In this document: positions 25,853 through 39,100 of the stretch, one piece after another
Position numbering within the stretch: position 1 is the stretch's first letter
How the letters are laid out: each line of letters starts with the position of its first letter
Assembly: GCA_973895155.1 (NCBI GenBank)
Contig: OZ316897.1
Coordinates: 16,315,838 to 16,379,837, forward strand
Length of the DNA: 64,000 nt
Reading direction: 5' to 3'
From: Marsupella aquatica
Lineage: Eukaryota; Plantae; Marchantiophyta
Translations under genes and position numbers: made by a program
Notes under the pieces: model-generated
The model's database searches: none
What the model was told of the DNA's origin: nothing
The model's input: the letters and a program-made list of their open reading frames with translations, nothing else

Positions 25853-26739
25853 GGAGGAGAGATATATATAAACAAGACCGCTCGTGCGCACTGCTTAAAA
25901 GAGGTAAACTTCTTCTATTGATTCCTCCTTCGATCTGTCGTAGCATTTTACTTGTTCAGGTGCCAATTTGATCTATTAATGTGGTTTTCTACTCTTGGGT
26001 TTCTGATTGTGAGTTCACTTTTTGTAAAACTTCCCTTTTAAGTTCCGTTCGTTCCCGTACCCAACGGTTTTCATATATGTTGATTATTTTTTGCTGTGTC
26101 TTAGTTAGCTCTTTACTCGTTGAGGGATCGGAGCACCCCACCCAGTGAGCTAGATAGTCAATTGCATCTCGATCAAAGTAATAGTAAGGAAGTACTGACC
26201 TTGTGGTTCCGGATGTAGTTCCTGCTATGTGGAAACTAGAGGACCCCTTCACAAGTTCTTCCATGTAGTCGCGCTATCCTACAAACAGAGTAGACGGTGC
26301 TCCTAGCCTTAAACTTGGATCTGTAGCTGCAGGCCTAAATGAAGTTTGATTCATATAAGTCTAATGCACAATAATGCTGATATCGAGATTTAGTGCCGTA
26401 TTGCAGAGTACATGTAGTGCCCCTAGCTAAGGAGATGGTCTTAATTTCCAAATTGACATTCATCATGCTGTTAAGCACCGGGTAGTGATTTCATTTACTG
26501 GGTTTAGAAGACATCATAAAATGTTAATTGTTTTCAATCGTTGTTTTCTAGAGAAATAGTAGGAGTAGGCTAGAATGTAGCGAAACCAACGGAGCTAAAT
26601 TGGCATGTGGAGACAAAAACCTATTAAATGTTTTTTTCCGGAATTTCTGATAGTGAATTCTTTGTTTTTCAATGTTCATAGTGGATATGTTTTTCAATGT
26701 TCATAGTCCCCAGAAAAATGACTTTGAAGACTATTGGGG

Positions 26740-29378
26740 CAGATTGAATGGAGACAGTCGAAAACGCTGGAGGTGATTTGTCGGAGATATACAACGTGTT
26801 CTTGATCCAGCTGGGCTTGGCCACCAGCTTGGCCTTCATGGTATTGCAGTCTACAACAAAAACGACAAAAGCCATTCTTGGACAGCTTACATATGGTATG
26901 AAAGTAATGCCGATCATTTATCAGAAGTTTTTTTTTATCTAAATCTGAGCTTAATTACCAAGTGCTGCTAACGTATACTCTCTTGGTCGTCCTTGTATCA
27001 CGAGCTGGTTCATGCATGACCTTTACATTGAGCAGTATTTTCAGTTGTTTTGGGTAAGTGGTTAATTGCAGCTGGTGAAAATTTTCACTAATTAACTCTA
27101 ATATTAATCTTGCCCCTAAGTAGTGCATAGTTTGTTAAGGCCGGCCTATACTTTGGGCACCATGACCTAAAACATATGAATCCAAGATACATAGACTTAC
27201 TAGTTTGTGATCTAAATGGAGTAAAGAATCATGATGTTGAGATCAGGATGCTACTAAAGTATAGTCTAATTGAAGTACTTATATGTAATATTAAATCAGT
27301 GTAATGTTACTCATTCTGCAGGGATGGAACAAAATTTTTCAGAGGCGAGTACTTACCTGAATTAAGGGCCCATCATCATGTTTCTACACGCATCATGCAA
27401 TTAGTTGTTTTTAGTTCAATTCATTTCCTTTAATATTAGATAAGATGTCATGCAATTGTTTTTTGTGCAATACATTTCCTCTAGAAGCTATTTAAGAAGA
27501 GGTCCTGTATGCTTCAATTCAAAAAACCATTTCTTAAGGTAGATTTAGGTCAAACTGTAAGGTATGTCCTTAAGACTGCGTTGTTGTTCTACATTGCCAG
27601 ATGATTCTGTAAAAATACCTGAAAATACTGGAGCTGATTTCTTGGAGATACGCAATGGTGTTTGTCTTCCTGATCCAACCAAACTTGGCCTTCGTGGCAT
27701 CAACTTCTACAAACGCATGGGTGGTTGGACAGCCCACATATGGTATGAAAATCCAGTCATCACAAAAGACCATAGATTTGTTTTGAAACTCAACATAGCG
27801 CTGCTGACATATTCTCTCTGGGTTCTGAATCTTACCTGTGGTCCATGTATAGATTATTAGCGGGCATGGGGACTGAGTGTGATATTCAGCAGCATTTTCA
27901 ATGGTTTTTCGGTGACTGGTTAATTTAGCTTATGACTAATTCTCACTACTATACTACGTATGATCAGCTCCACAAATCTTCCTGCCCCACCCTAGTGCAT
28001 ACGTTTTTTGGGCACCTTAATGTGGAAGGACGACGTACCTACAAATAATATCCAAGATCGATCTATACAATCGGATCCATGCATTATAAGTATCAACTTA
28101 ATGTAATACTAAATCAGTGTAATGTGACTCATTCTGCAGGGACGGAAAGCAGTTTTACATAGGTGAGTACCTACCTTAAGAGTCGAGCGTGATTCAATTT
28201 CATGCAATTGATTTACTTTTAGTACTATTTAATAAGAAGTTTTTACCTTCCAATATAGAAAACTTTAAGATTTGGATCAAGTGTTTTGCATGTCCTGAAT
28301 ACAGTCCTAAATTCTGCTTTGTTGATATATCCCAGGTTTATATGCATCTGCATCAGAGGCAGCCAAGTAAGGTCCAGTATTTTCTTCTTGTGCTGAAGCA
28401 TAGAAGTATACATTGAACTGAGACTCTGAAATATTCAATAACGTACTCACACTTTAATTATATGCACAATACCCATCGGGCCGGGCTAATCTCCAGTTCT
28501 TCGTTTGGGTGAAATGGTCTGCAGAGCCTATGATAAAGCAAGTCTCAAACATTTGGATGCTGCAGCTGCTCTTCCCAACTACAAAGGCATCTATGACTAT
28601 AGCGGAGATATTATGGAGGTAGGAACTGTCGATATTTGTTTGAAATTAGTGATGTTCGGAGGAGGATCTTTTCAAACAAATTTTTCTAGAAGTACGGGCA
28701 GTATTAGTTATTGATATATACTGTACATTTGAATCTATTGCAGATGGCTCCACTTACCAATGACGAGTTCAGAGAACTTTTGAAAGAACGTGCCAGACTT
28801 TCCGAACATGTTCATGTAGGGGAAGGGGTGACTCGATGCCCTGAAGGCAGGTTTGAAGTACGAATCAAGCTCCAAGCTGCTGACAGGTGAGACATCAAAA
28901 TCATCTTCTATCTAACTGTATTCTCAAAGGTTTCCTCTGCTACGTAGTTCACTACGTGTGACCACAATAGCAAATCCATAGCCAAAGAAGATAACATCGG
29001 GAATTCCTGTTTTTGTTACCTAGTCGGACTGCAATTTTAGTGGTTTAATTGAATCGAGGTTTATGTTTTTCAGCTGGAAATTCTTGGGGAGGTTTGACGA
29101 TCTCGAAGATGCAAAAAGGTTTCTTTCATTTCCGTACTAGAATGATTTAACTCCTTTGACCTAGATATCAGCTTCCTTTCTTTCAGTACCTAGATGTGTT
29201 TCATGCACAGTTATTTAATTCGAAAAAGAAACGCCTGCAGGCCGGAAGGTAAGCTAATAATATAGTGGTACTCTTTTGTGCAGATGGTACCAGATGGTAT
29301 CAAGATGGTATCAGAGACAAGCAAATTCAGCCTGAGTGGGAGCCAAGTAGCCTCAAAGGACATGAACCCAGAGATTGA
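26740..29378 (+). CDS. Divergent euAP2-type transcription factor, copy B (inverted paralogue of copy A; first exon frameshifted, possibly a pseudogene)
   Basis: Exons ~26740-26894 (...SWTAYIW, with frameshift), 27322-27344 (GC donor), 27601-27742 (GINFYKRMGGWTAHIW), 28140-28162 (DGKQFYIG, GT donor), 28336-28366, 28525-28618 (AYDKASLKHL), 28744-28886, 29074-29118. The 23/31/94/143/45-nt exon sizes are the same as in copy A. Confidence 0.75.
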
Positions 29379-29548
29379 ACCTACCAGTTAGCTCAGAGCC
29401 ACCTATTTTGAGGAAGGTGGCTAAGCAGGACTATTTGAGTTATTAACTCTCTACGAACCTGTTTATTTGAATTGAATTACGTGATTGTAGCCTAGAGTGA
29501 TTTATTAGGCCTATATATCATGGCAACTTATATATGTGACATTTCGAA

Positions 29549-29850
29549 TAATATCAGACAAGGAACTGAATGAAGGCTTCTAGTCAGAGGTGGATTCAAG
29601 AAATATAAAGATTGTTTGTATCTTTCTGATTGGTCTTTGTTAAATTTCAGAAGGTGCCGTTGAAATTATGTTTCAAGGTCAGGGATTAAGTGACACTTTA
29701 ATATCAGACAAGGAACTGAATGAAGGTTTCTAGTCAGAGGTGGATTCAAGTACTATATATAAAGATTATTTGTACCTCTGATTGGTCTTTGTCAAATATC
29801 AGAAAGTGCCGTTTAAATTATGTTTCAAGGCCAGGGATTAAGTGATACGT
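29549..29850. repeat. ~150-bp tandem duplication
   Basis: taatatcagacaaggaactgaatgaagg...cagggattaagtga at ~29549 and ~29700. Confidence 0.85.
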
Positions 29851-30641
29851 ACTATAAAGTAGAGCATTACCCGGGATATTGGCAAGATTTTGGGACCCTC
29901 CATTCGAGAACTTTTTTAACAATTGGCACTATATCTACCGAGTTAAATTAATTAGATCGAGCTTACATCTGCCTTAACTGCCTTAACGTAATTGATTCGG
30001 TTGATTCGGTTCTTAACAGTTTAGGTGCCTTACATAGTCTTGTATCCCAAGGTGTTGGTTAGGAGTAGACTTGCGTGTATCCCAAAGGTACTGGTTAGGA
30101 AGGATCACTCAAGCCAGTATATAGCATCAAGATATGGTGTGTGTCTTCTTTCTACTATATATAGGCTCTTTTAAGAAACAGCATAATTCCAAGAGACAGA
30201 GTTGAAGGGATACATTCTCCAAGTAGTTTTTCCAGAATCTCAGATCTGTCACTCCCTAAACGCTATAAGTGCTCCCTTATTAATGACAATATAAATTCTT
30301 GGATCTGTGTACTAACGCAACCTAATACTTCACTACATCTCGAAATCTCCAGTTGCTTTTGCAGTAGCAACAAAAGGCAGTAGTGTTGAGCATAGACGAC
30401 GATCGCAACGGCAAGCCCATGAACCATCCAACGCACAATAGTCGACACAAGAGATACGTGGTTCACCTCCTTGAGGCTACGTCCACGGGAACACACAAGA
30501 GAGCTTTACTGAACTCTAAGCCCGTCGGCTATACCGAGTCTCCACAGTGTAAGCTCTCCCTATCTCTCAAGTGGCTCCATAACAATGAGCCTTGGTTCTA
30601 CCTCTCCAAGCACACATGCCTCTTATGATATAGTGTGCAAC

Positions 30642-30822
30642 TTAGTTGTACCTAACCACATAGTTGTACCTAACCACATAGTTGTACCTAATCACGTAGT
30701 TGTACCTAACCACATAGTTGTACCTAATCACGTAGTTGTACCTAACCACATAGTTGTACCTAATCACGTAGTTGTACCTAACCACGTAGTTGTACCAACC
30801 CACGTTGTTGTACCAACCACGT
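30642..30822. repeat. 18-bp minisatellite (~10 copies), possibly inside an LTR fragment ending at 30858
   Basis: (tagttgtacctaa(c/t)cac(a/g))n. The downstream ...cccaaca at 30858 reads TGTTGGG on the minus strand. Confidence 0.85.
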
Positions 30823-31628
30823 CATACCTAACCTAGACGTAAGAGTAAATACCCAACAAGTAGACCACCGAGGGGGCCACCGAGATAAGTGGGTTGGGAA
30901 TGCTCCTATCTTGGTGCTCTTAGCTAGCTTCAAAAGATGCGACCCTAAACCCTATACTCTTGATCATCTAGCAATCTAGTAACTTTAATTACCTCTGGAA
31001 AACTAGCACTGTGGACTAAGGTGACTGTGCTCGAACTAGCTAGCTTCTCCTGTACCTTCTCTTCCTCCCTTTCTCCCTGCCTCCTGTCCCTCTCTACCTT
31101 AATAGCTAAATTAATGGCATTGTGTCAGAATGCTTTAGCTTTGCTGGGTCTCTTGCCCTCCCTTAGGTGGCTTTGGCTGCTTGGCTCCAACTGTCACATG
31201 GGCTGGTGCGAAGAGAGAGAAGTGGACAGTGAGGGAGAATGATGAGAGTCCCTAGTTAATTGCTAGTGCACTTGTCTCCAAGTGTCACATGGGCTTGGAA
31301 AAACTATCACATGCCCCCATAGGAAATAGAATATGTCCTCAATCTACTGAGGGTCTCATTTACGATAAAGGCCAGATAAGATGTTAAGGATATAGATATA
31401 CCTTGAATTTCATCATGTTTATTAAACTCTTAAAAATGGCTAGAGTAACTATTGGGAGAATGAAGCAAAACTCTCAATCAATACTTTGGCCAATTACATT
31501 TAACTATATTTTTTTGATAGAAGTGGAATAGAGTTAGTTATAGGGAAAAAAATTGGACGGAAGTGATGATTTGGTTAGTGGTAGTGTATGCTTTAGACAT
31601 TAATTATGTCTAAGCATATCTTTGTGTT

Positions 31629-31973
31629 GGTCAATTGCAAGCTTGAGGGGGGCAAAAAGGATCTCCAATTTCTCCACCAAAAGGAGTCCAATCCTTCCCA
31701 ATTTACAAGGGGTGGACAGGTGTTACACCAAATGGCTAGGATTAGTTAGTTGAGATTGGAAGGTGAGATCTTGCATGCCAAGTCTTTGGAAGTGTGTCCA
31801 GGATTTTAGGAAGTCTCAATCTTCTTGGAAGTGTGCACAACAATTTGGGAAGTGTGTCCAACCTTTTTGGAAGTGGTGTTCAACTAAACTTTATGATCTT
31901 TCAGTCCTTTGTCTCTCCTTTTTGAGCTAATCCTTTTTGCGTCCTTTTGCCCCCCTCAATCTTGCAATTGACC
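31629..31973. mobile_element. MITE, 345 bp, ~33-bp TIRs, 4-bp TSD TGTT
   Basis: Left ggtcaattgcaagcttgaggggggcaaaaagga; the right end reverse-complements to ggtcaattgcaagattgaggggggcaaaagga. tgtt at 31625-31628 and 31974-31977. Confidence 0.85.
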
Positions 31974-32489
31974 TGTTTTAATCTGACTAGTATATCCATG
32001 CAGGATTGGTTTGTCCATTCATGGCTTCATGGACAACTGCAAGTCCATCAGGTCTTTCATTTTGTTAAGTCCATCAGGTGTTTGATTTTTTGACGATCGT
32101 GATGATTTGTTGACCCGTTTGTTGAGCATATGTTTCACCTCTAGGCAATATCTCAGAATTAAGTGTACTTGCAAAAAATATTTTTCCTAATAGAAACAAA
32201 AATGGTTGAATTTGTATGTACAAGGCATCTAAAGTGTTCATCATGTGCAGTCACAAGGAGGATATGCATGGTATGGGTGCAGGGTATTTCCCAACATTCC
32301 CCCGGGAATTTATCGTTTGATAACAAAGAAGTAGGTATTCCGGCCATCTTGGGGTAATGCACCCAAATTACCTATGTAAGCCCACAGGTACGAGGGTGTA
32401 TCACACTTAGTGTATTTTGACCTCTCCCCTACGTGTCTCCCGGTAATTTACCTATGTATAACCATGCCTCTTTTGTGGGTTGATCCTTG

Positions 32490-33210
32490 GTGTGTTTTGC
32501 CACCATTATCACCCACTGAAGAGTGTCGTCAACCTACATATGTTGGGTTATTGTTGGGGTACTTGGAATGTATTTATCAGATGTGGTCAAATTGGAGGCA
32601 TCCAGGTGTCTACTATGGCGTGCGTGGATCTATTGGCCGATGATGTGCATTGCAACCATGATGCAATTTCCCCATTTGAGGATGGTGTACATTCCACTTG
32701 TGAGGGGGTATTGCTGGGGTTTTCTGATGGATGTGCTCCAATTGCAGGTGTGGAGGTGTATGCTGTGGCGTCCATGGATCTATTGGAGGATAATGTGCAT
32801 TGCAACCATCCAATTTCCCCCCTGGAGGATGGTGAACATCCTACTTGTGAGGGGGTATTGCTAGGGTATTCTGATGGATGTGCTCCAATGGCAGGCGTGC
32901 AGGTGTACATTGTGGCATCCATGAATCTATTGGCGGATGATGTGCATTGCAACCATCCAATTTTCCCCCGTGAGGATGATGTACATCCCACTTGTGAGGG
33001 GGTCTTGCTGGAGTATTCTGACGGTATTTGCCGAATGTGGTCCAATTGGAGGCGTGCAGGTGTACGCTATGGCGTCCGTGGATCTATTGGCGGAGGTATT
33101 GTTGGGGTATTCTGGTGGTATTTGCTGGATGTGTGCCAATTGAAGGCATCCAGGTGTCCACGGTGTGGCATCTGTGGATCTTGTGTGCGGGTATTTTGAA
33201 GGTATTCCGG
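32490..33210. repeat. Tandem array, ~147-150-bp unit
   Basis: gtgcattgcaaccat at ~32645, 32795 and 32942. The ORF 32480-33199 merely mirrors this repeat. Confidence 0.85.
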
Positions 33211-33419
33211 GGATGTAAAGTTATTGGAGGCGTAAATGGAAGGTGGATCCATGGAAAAATTCATGGGGTACTTGGGGTTACTTCATTCAAATTGACAAAC
33301 ATACAAATTTGACAATGTTTGATTATTTAGGAGCTGCACGAGTCACAGAACTAGACATATATAAGTTACCCCAAGCCCCTTCACCAGACGAGCTTCTAGG
33401 TATCTGACTACCTCAGTCT

Positions 33420-34285
33420 TCACCAACATTCTAGACTAACAGCATTCTCAAGGAAGATCCTTTGCTTGCCTTTCGCATGGAGACCGGTAGATCTCAGATA
33501 ATGATTACTCTATTCTACTCTAGAGCCCAACTGGCCACCATGTCTAATAACTCAATCTTCTGAGTGTGTTTAGTGAATGGTTTGGGGGAAGTCTTTGATT
33601 GCTTGTTTGTATCTGCAACGAACATGCATGCGCAGCTTGGCATCCACTTAATTTGCATGTCTTCATCAATCCCATGGCTTTCATGCAGACCACTAATTTG
33701 GCGTCTTTAGTGAGTGTGTCAAAGTCCTGCAAAAGTTCTAGAAATATAGGGTGGATGTTTAAAAGCACAACAACGGCCCTCACATCCAAAAACAACTTAC
33801 ACAACATATGATGTTGAACAGGATTTTTGTATATGTTTACATAACATTTGCGGCTAAACTATGTACTTACTATGTTTGAGTCTTCAACAACGTGTGATTT
33901 GCCACTTAATCTACTCCTGGTTCCATGCGCGCACGGAACTTCTGCCTGGTTTTCCTGAACATATATGTAAAATGGGCAGATCATGAAACCCCAAGACCAT
34001 TATGTTCTAGCTCCACTTCATTGTACACAAATGAATTGCTATTACTTTAAACAAAGAATATCTTGAACGGATGGAATGTGTAATCATACCAAGCATGTTC
34101 TTGCCAGTCAACAACATACCGTTGTTGTGCATCCTCCCGTACTTTTATTGATATTGCCCTAAATGAAGGTTCATTTCTTTGCCTGGATTCGAGACCTTGC
34201 CTCGTTGTCTTCTTGCAAGGGGTGAATTGAGGTTACGTACCAATGCTTCCAAGGACTCCACCTTGTTCTTTATCTTTCTCATCTT
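33420..34285 (-). pseudogene. Diverged partial duplicate of the 3' exons of the SAM-like gene
   Basis: LTKDAKLVVCMKAMGLMKTCK (33660-33720) vs LTKDAKLVLCMRAMGLMKTCK (36350-36410). EQGGVL...RGKVSNPGKE (34170-34270) vs EQGGVL...RGKGPNPGKE (36830-36930). Confidence 0.7.
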
Positions 34286-34394
34286 TACCTACCACAACGC
34301 AAATCATCAATCAAGTCTCAAAAGCAGCTCTAAGAAACTTTTCAAGCATCACTTATAGTAGTACCGAGGGGAGCCTGATCATATATATCCACCT

Positions 34395-34670
34395 GGTAAA
34401 AGGCAAGATTGAGGGGTACCAAAGGAGACAATCAGGACTAAGGACAGCCACTTTAAAAGGACTAAAGGAAAGGACTGAAAATGTCATTAAAATGTGGTTG
34501 AATACCCTCCCCAATAGGTTGGACACACTTCCACAAAATTGGGGGCACTTCCAACAATGTTGTGCACACTTTTAACAATAATGTGCACACTTCCAAAGAC
34601 TTGGTATGCAAACTCTAACCTTTAAATCTTTCCTAAGCAATCCTAAGTTCCATTCCATGTCACATTTTGG
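34395..34670. mobile_element. Degenerate copy of the same MITE family, opposite orientation
   Basis: Starts ggtaaaaggcaagattgagggg. Internal cacacttccaaagacttggtatgcaa is the reverse complement of ttgcatgccaagtctttggaagtgtg (~31771). Confidence 0.6.
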
Positions 34671-34711
34671 TCATTATGGAATATCCTTGGATGGTCGCGC
34701 TCTCCGCAACA

Positions 34712-35545
34712 TCCGTGTGCATATTACCCGCATACCGTGGGGTATCGCTGGGGTATTTGGGATGTCAGCGTCCAATTGCCGCTCTCCAAGTGGCTTCGCT
34801 GAGGTGTGCAGGATGATAGTCATCTCCACCATCCAATTTTGCTGTGGTAAAGTGGGGATTCCGTGTGCATATTACCCGCATACCCATGGGGTATCGCTGG
34901 GGTATTTGGGATGTCAGCGTCCAATTGTCGCTCTCCAAGTGGCTTCGCTGAGGTGTGCAGGATGATATTCATCTCCACCATCCAATTTTGCTGTGGTAAA
35001 GTGGGGATTCCATGTGCATATTACCCGCATACCGTGGGGTATCTCTGGGGTATTTGGGTTGTCAGCGTCCAATTGCCGCTCTCCAAGTGGCTTCGCTGGC
35101 AGCCCTGGAGGTGCGCAGGATGATATGCATCTCCACCGTCCAATTTTGCTGTGGCTAAGTGGGGATTCCGTGTGCATATTACCCGCATACATTAGTGTAT
35201 CTCTGGGGTATTTGGGTTGTCAGCGTCCAATGGCCGCTCTCCAAGTGGCCTCGCTGGCAGCCCTGGAGGTGTGCAGGATGATATGCATCTCCACCATCCA
35301 AATTTCCTGTTGTAAAGTGGGGGTTCTGTGTGCACATTACCCGCATACCCTGGGGTATCGTTGGGGTATTTGGTATGCCACTTCCAATTGCCACTCTCCA
35401 GGTGGCTTCGCTAACAGCCCTGGAGGTTTGCAGGATGATATGCATCTTCACCGTCCAGATTTCCTATGTCGAAGCAGGGATTACTTGTGCATTTTACCTG
35501 CATACCGTGGGGTATTTGTAGGGTATTTTTGATTCCAGGCTTCTT
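34712..35545. repeat. Tandem array, ~148-158-bp unit (~5.5 copies), distantly related to the 32.5-kb array
   Basis: gtgcatattacccgcatacc recurs at ~34717, 34865, 35015, 35172, 35330 and 35488. Confidence 0.9.
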
Positions 35546-36114
35546 GCTGCGTCAAATTGCATCCGCATCGTCAAATTCTAGGATAATGTGCATCCGCATC
35601 TTCCAAATTGCCTACGATGAAGTGGGGATTCACGATGTAACGCCTATGTATTGTGGGGTATTGGGGGATCCTCACGTATTGGGGGATCCTCACGTATTGG
35701 GGTATTAAAAATGTCTGGCGTCCCAAGATGAATTGCATCGAAAACCATCCAGTCATATTGCCAATGAATACCATGAAATGTCGATGGGTATCGTGAATGT
35801 AAGGTTCTTTATTGGGCCCAGCTTACGCAAATCAAATTTCTAATATGGTTTTGAATCATTTCCTCATAGCGTTGTAAATAAGATCACAGTGAGTTAAGTA
35901 GCATTCATTTGTACATTAGAAACTAAGTACGTTAGCAACTCCCATCTCTCTCTCTCTATATATATATATATGTATATATATATGTATATATATATGTGAA
36001 ACACGAAGCAAGTAGTGGTGGCCCTTGGTCAATATATAATGCAATCATATTCATAACCTGTCTAGCTTGTGCTGTTCATAGAGCGATGCAGGTATGCTAT
36101 CTATGTAGTGAGTA

Positions 36115-39100
36115 CTATACCTCTTCCCCGGCTTTCTTCATAGCATTTTTAGGGAAGATCCTTTGCTGGCCATTGGCATTTAAAGCCGGAAGATGTGTAA
36201 CGATCACTACATTCTGCTCTACAATCCACCTGGCCACCATGTCCAATAACTCTGATGCATTCTTCTGAGCGTGTTTGGTGAATGGCTTGGCGGTAGTCTT
36301 TGACTGCTTGTTCGTATCTGCTACAAACGTGCGCAATTTGGCCTCCACTTTGCAGGTCTTCATCAAACCCATGGCTCTCATGCACAATACTAGTTTGGCG
36401 TCTTTGGTGAGCTTTTCAAAATTCTGCAAAAGTTACAGTCTTTGGTGAGCTTTTTAAAATATGGTAGTACACCAATGACAAGCTATAAATGATTATTTAC
36501 AAAATTGTGCAAAACTTCTCAGTATATGCTTACTATATTGGAGTCTCCAGAAGCCTGGGACTTGTTACTTCTCGTCGACCGGGTTCCTTGAGCACACAAA
36601 ACTTCTTCCTGGTTTGCCTGTACATATATAATGACCACATAATGAGACCACAAGAGTACGTTCCACACATACAATTTCTGTCTACACATTGTACACAATG
36701 ATCGCTGCAACCTAATAAAGACTGCTGGCTTACAATGGATGGAAATAAGAAATCATACCATGTTTTTGCCGGTCAACAACCGTTCCCTTGCATCCTCCTG
36801 TACCTTTGTTGAAATAGCTCTAAATGAAGGTACGTTTTCTTTGCCTGGGTTCGGACCCTTGCCTCTTCGTGCTCTACTCAATGGTTGATTTAGGTCCCGA
36901 ATGCTTGCAAGGACTCCACCTTGTTCCTTCTCAGTCTTAACCTGCCATGCATATGTGGATGTGCAAATCATTGTATATATTGGTGAACCTAGGCTCAAAG
37001 TAGAATGAATTGCAAAGTCATTTACATCACTTACAATAGAACTTTTAGGCCATTATAATAATTGCAATATACAAAACTTATACATACAATGATATATGAT
37101 ATATACCTTGGACAGTAGCGGGTTGTTTCCCCCTGCAGGACTGCTCTCAATCTTTTGTCTTTTTACCTGAAAAATAAGTATAAAGCAAACTCGGTGTCTT
37201 AATTATAATTACGTACGTATGATATATAAGAACGCAACTAGGATGACAAAATACTCGTACCTCCGGTTCCGGTTGATCGTTAGGCCTTATATTAGTGTCT
37301 TCATCATCCTCGTCAGATTCAATGTAAAGTTGGGTGGATGTAGTGAAGCAATCAACTTGCAAGTTGATAGTTGATGTTGACGATGTTTTCTCCTGGCTGC
37401 ATGTAGTGGTATCCAGTACTTCAGTATCCTCGCTTGGCTCTCCATCGCTGGACCTGACCGCATCATCTGCTTTGCTTTCCTCTCTATGCTCTACTTCCGC
37501 CCCTCCCTCTGCATCTTCTTCATGGCCAGCTAATGCCAACACTCGCTTCTTCGGTTTTGAAAGAGGGTTTTCCTCAACGTCAGGCATCTCCGGTAACCCC
37601 GCTCCATTGGAGGCCTTTCCTGAGACAGCAGAACCCTCAAGAGAGGGACCTATCTCCGGTTACCCTGCTCTCTTGGAGGTCTTTCCTGAGACAGCAGAAC
37701 CCTGAGGAGAGGGACCTGAATACGATTGGCATACTTTATGAGCCAGATTGGGACTCATGGAACAATATGCTCTCGGAACAAAAATGGACATGTCCTACAA
37801 TATGTACATGCACATCAATAGTGACGGTGCATGAGTGCCAGGGAATCTTGCAATATAAATATATTGTAGAAAACCAGATTCATTCAACATCTCAACCTCT
37901 CGATACATATCGACTGGGCAACATGAAAAAACCTGCAGAACCCGGAGAAGCAGATTCATTCTGATGCAATGAACCTAGGGTTGGTAAATGCATATATTTA
38001 TATATGTATATGGCACCATACTTACTGGCTTTAAGTGCCCAAACTGTACCATCTGCAGACCCTTTGAAGGTGTCATTAATGGCACCCAGTAAGGCGCTAG
38101 CAATGACGGATTACCATCAGACAAGGCCTTCATGAACTTAATCTTCCACCATCTCACTTTCTTAATAACATGGACACTCTCTGGTATTCCACGACCAACG
38201 ACCTCTCCACTGTACTGCCCCCTATACCTTACAGACTTATCGGCGTCTCTCATTTGCAGTTCTACCAAGGTCACCTTGAATGCATACGCACGAAGTTCCA
38301 CAAAAATCTCTGGGTATGATTGTCCATGTCCAATGGCAATCGCTTCATCTGCATCCGGTTCTACCTTCATATCTGCAAAATCAGTCGGCTCCTTTTTTCG
38401 GGCCGTAGGGATGGCACCTGCAATGAAATTCAGTGCAAGTACTTGAGGTTAATTCCAGGGTATTTCCAGGTTATTTCCAAGTTGCGAAAGATAGAACACA
38501 GTTCATTGCCAAAATCAATGGCACTGCGCTAACTAATGAATGGGAATCTGTCAGTACGTACCTTCCTTGATTTTTGCATTTGCTTTCCTCCATTCATGCT
38601 TTCTGTTCTTGACGACCTCAAACAGGAAGCTTTCTGGCCAAGGCATCTCATGTTTAGATCCGGTTTCTGGACACTCAAATTTGAGAGGTCAAAGTTCGTG
38701 CATTCTACTCTGAACATACAATCGACAATTCTCTTTTGTCTTTGTGTCAGACTTGAAATCTGCACTGAGGTATTCATATATCTCCTTGTCGGCGGCGAAA
38801 TTTGCAAACCAATTCCTCACCATTATGTAATTTGCCTTGTGAGCTTGGTGCGCTTCTACATGCTTAGAAGCCAGAATGGACCGTCCTCCAGATTTGTTGG
38901 TCACATTGAAGATGTCCTCTGCCGAAGGATAGAACTATGCACAGCACCGTCGAAACACACATCAGCGTGTATTCAATCAAACAAAGAAACTACCATTGAG
39001 CACTGCATTAGATGCCTTCGCGTGATTATCAGAAGAGGTCCTTGCCGTGGTCGCAATGGATTTCAATAGGCTAATTTAATGTCACGGGAGACAAACAACT

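Noticed and set aside
25989-26264. 91-aa ATG ORF between the B3 gene and AP2 copy B
   Set aside because: No recognisable motif or splice support.
30642-30822. Regular short repeats resembling a CRISPR array
   Set aside because: No unique spacers, no cas genes, eukaryotic context.
32480-33199. 239-aa repetitive ORF
   Set aside because: Mirrors the ~147-bp array, and the related array at 34.7 kb does not keep a frame.
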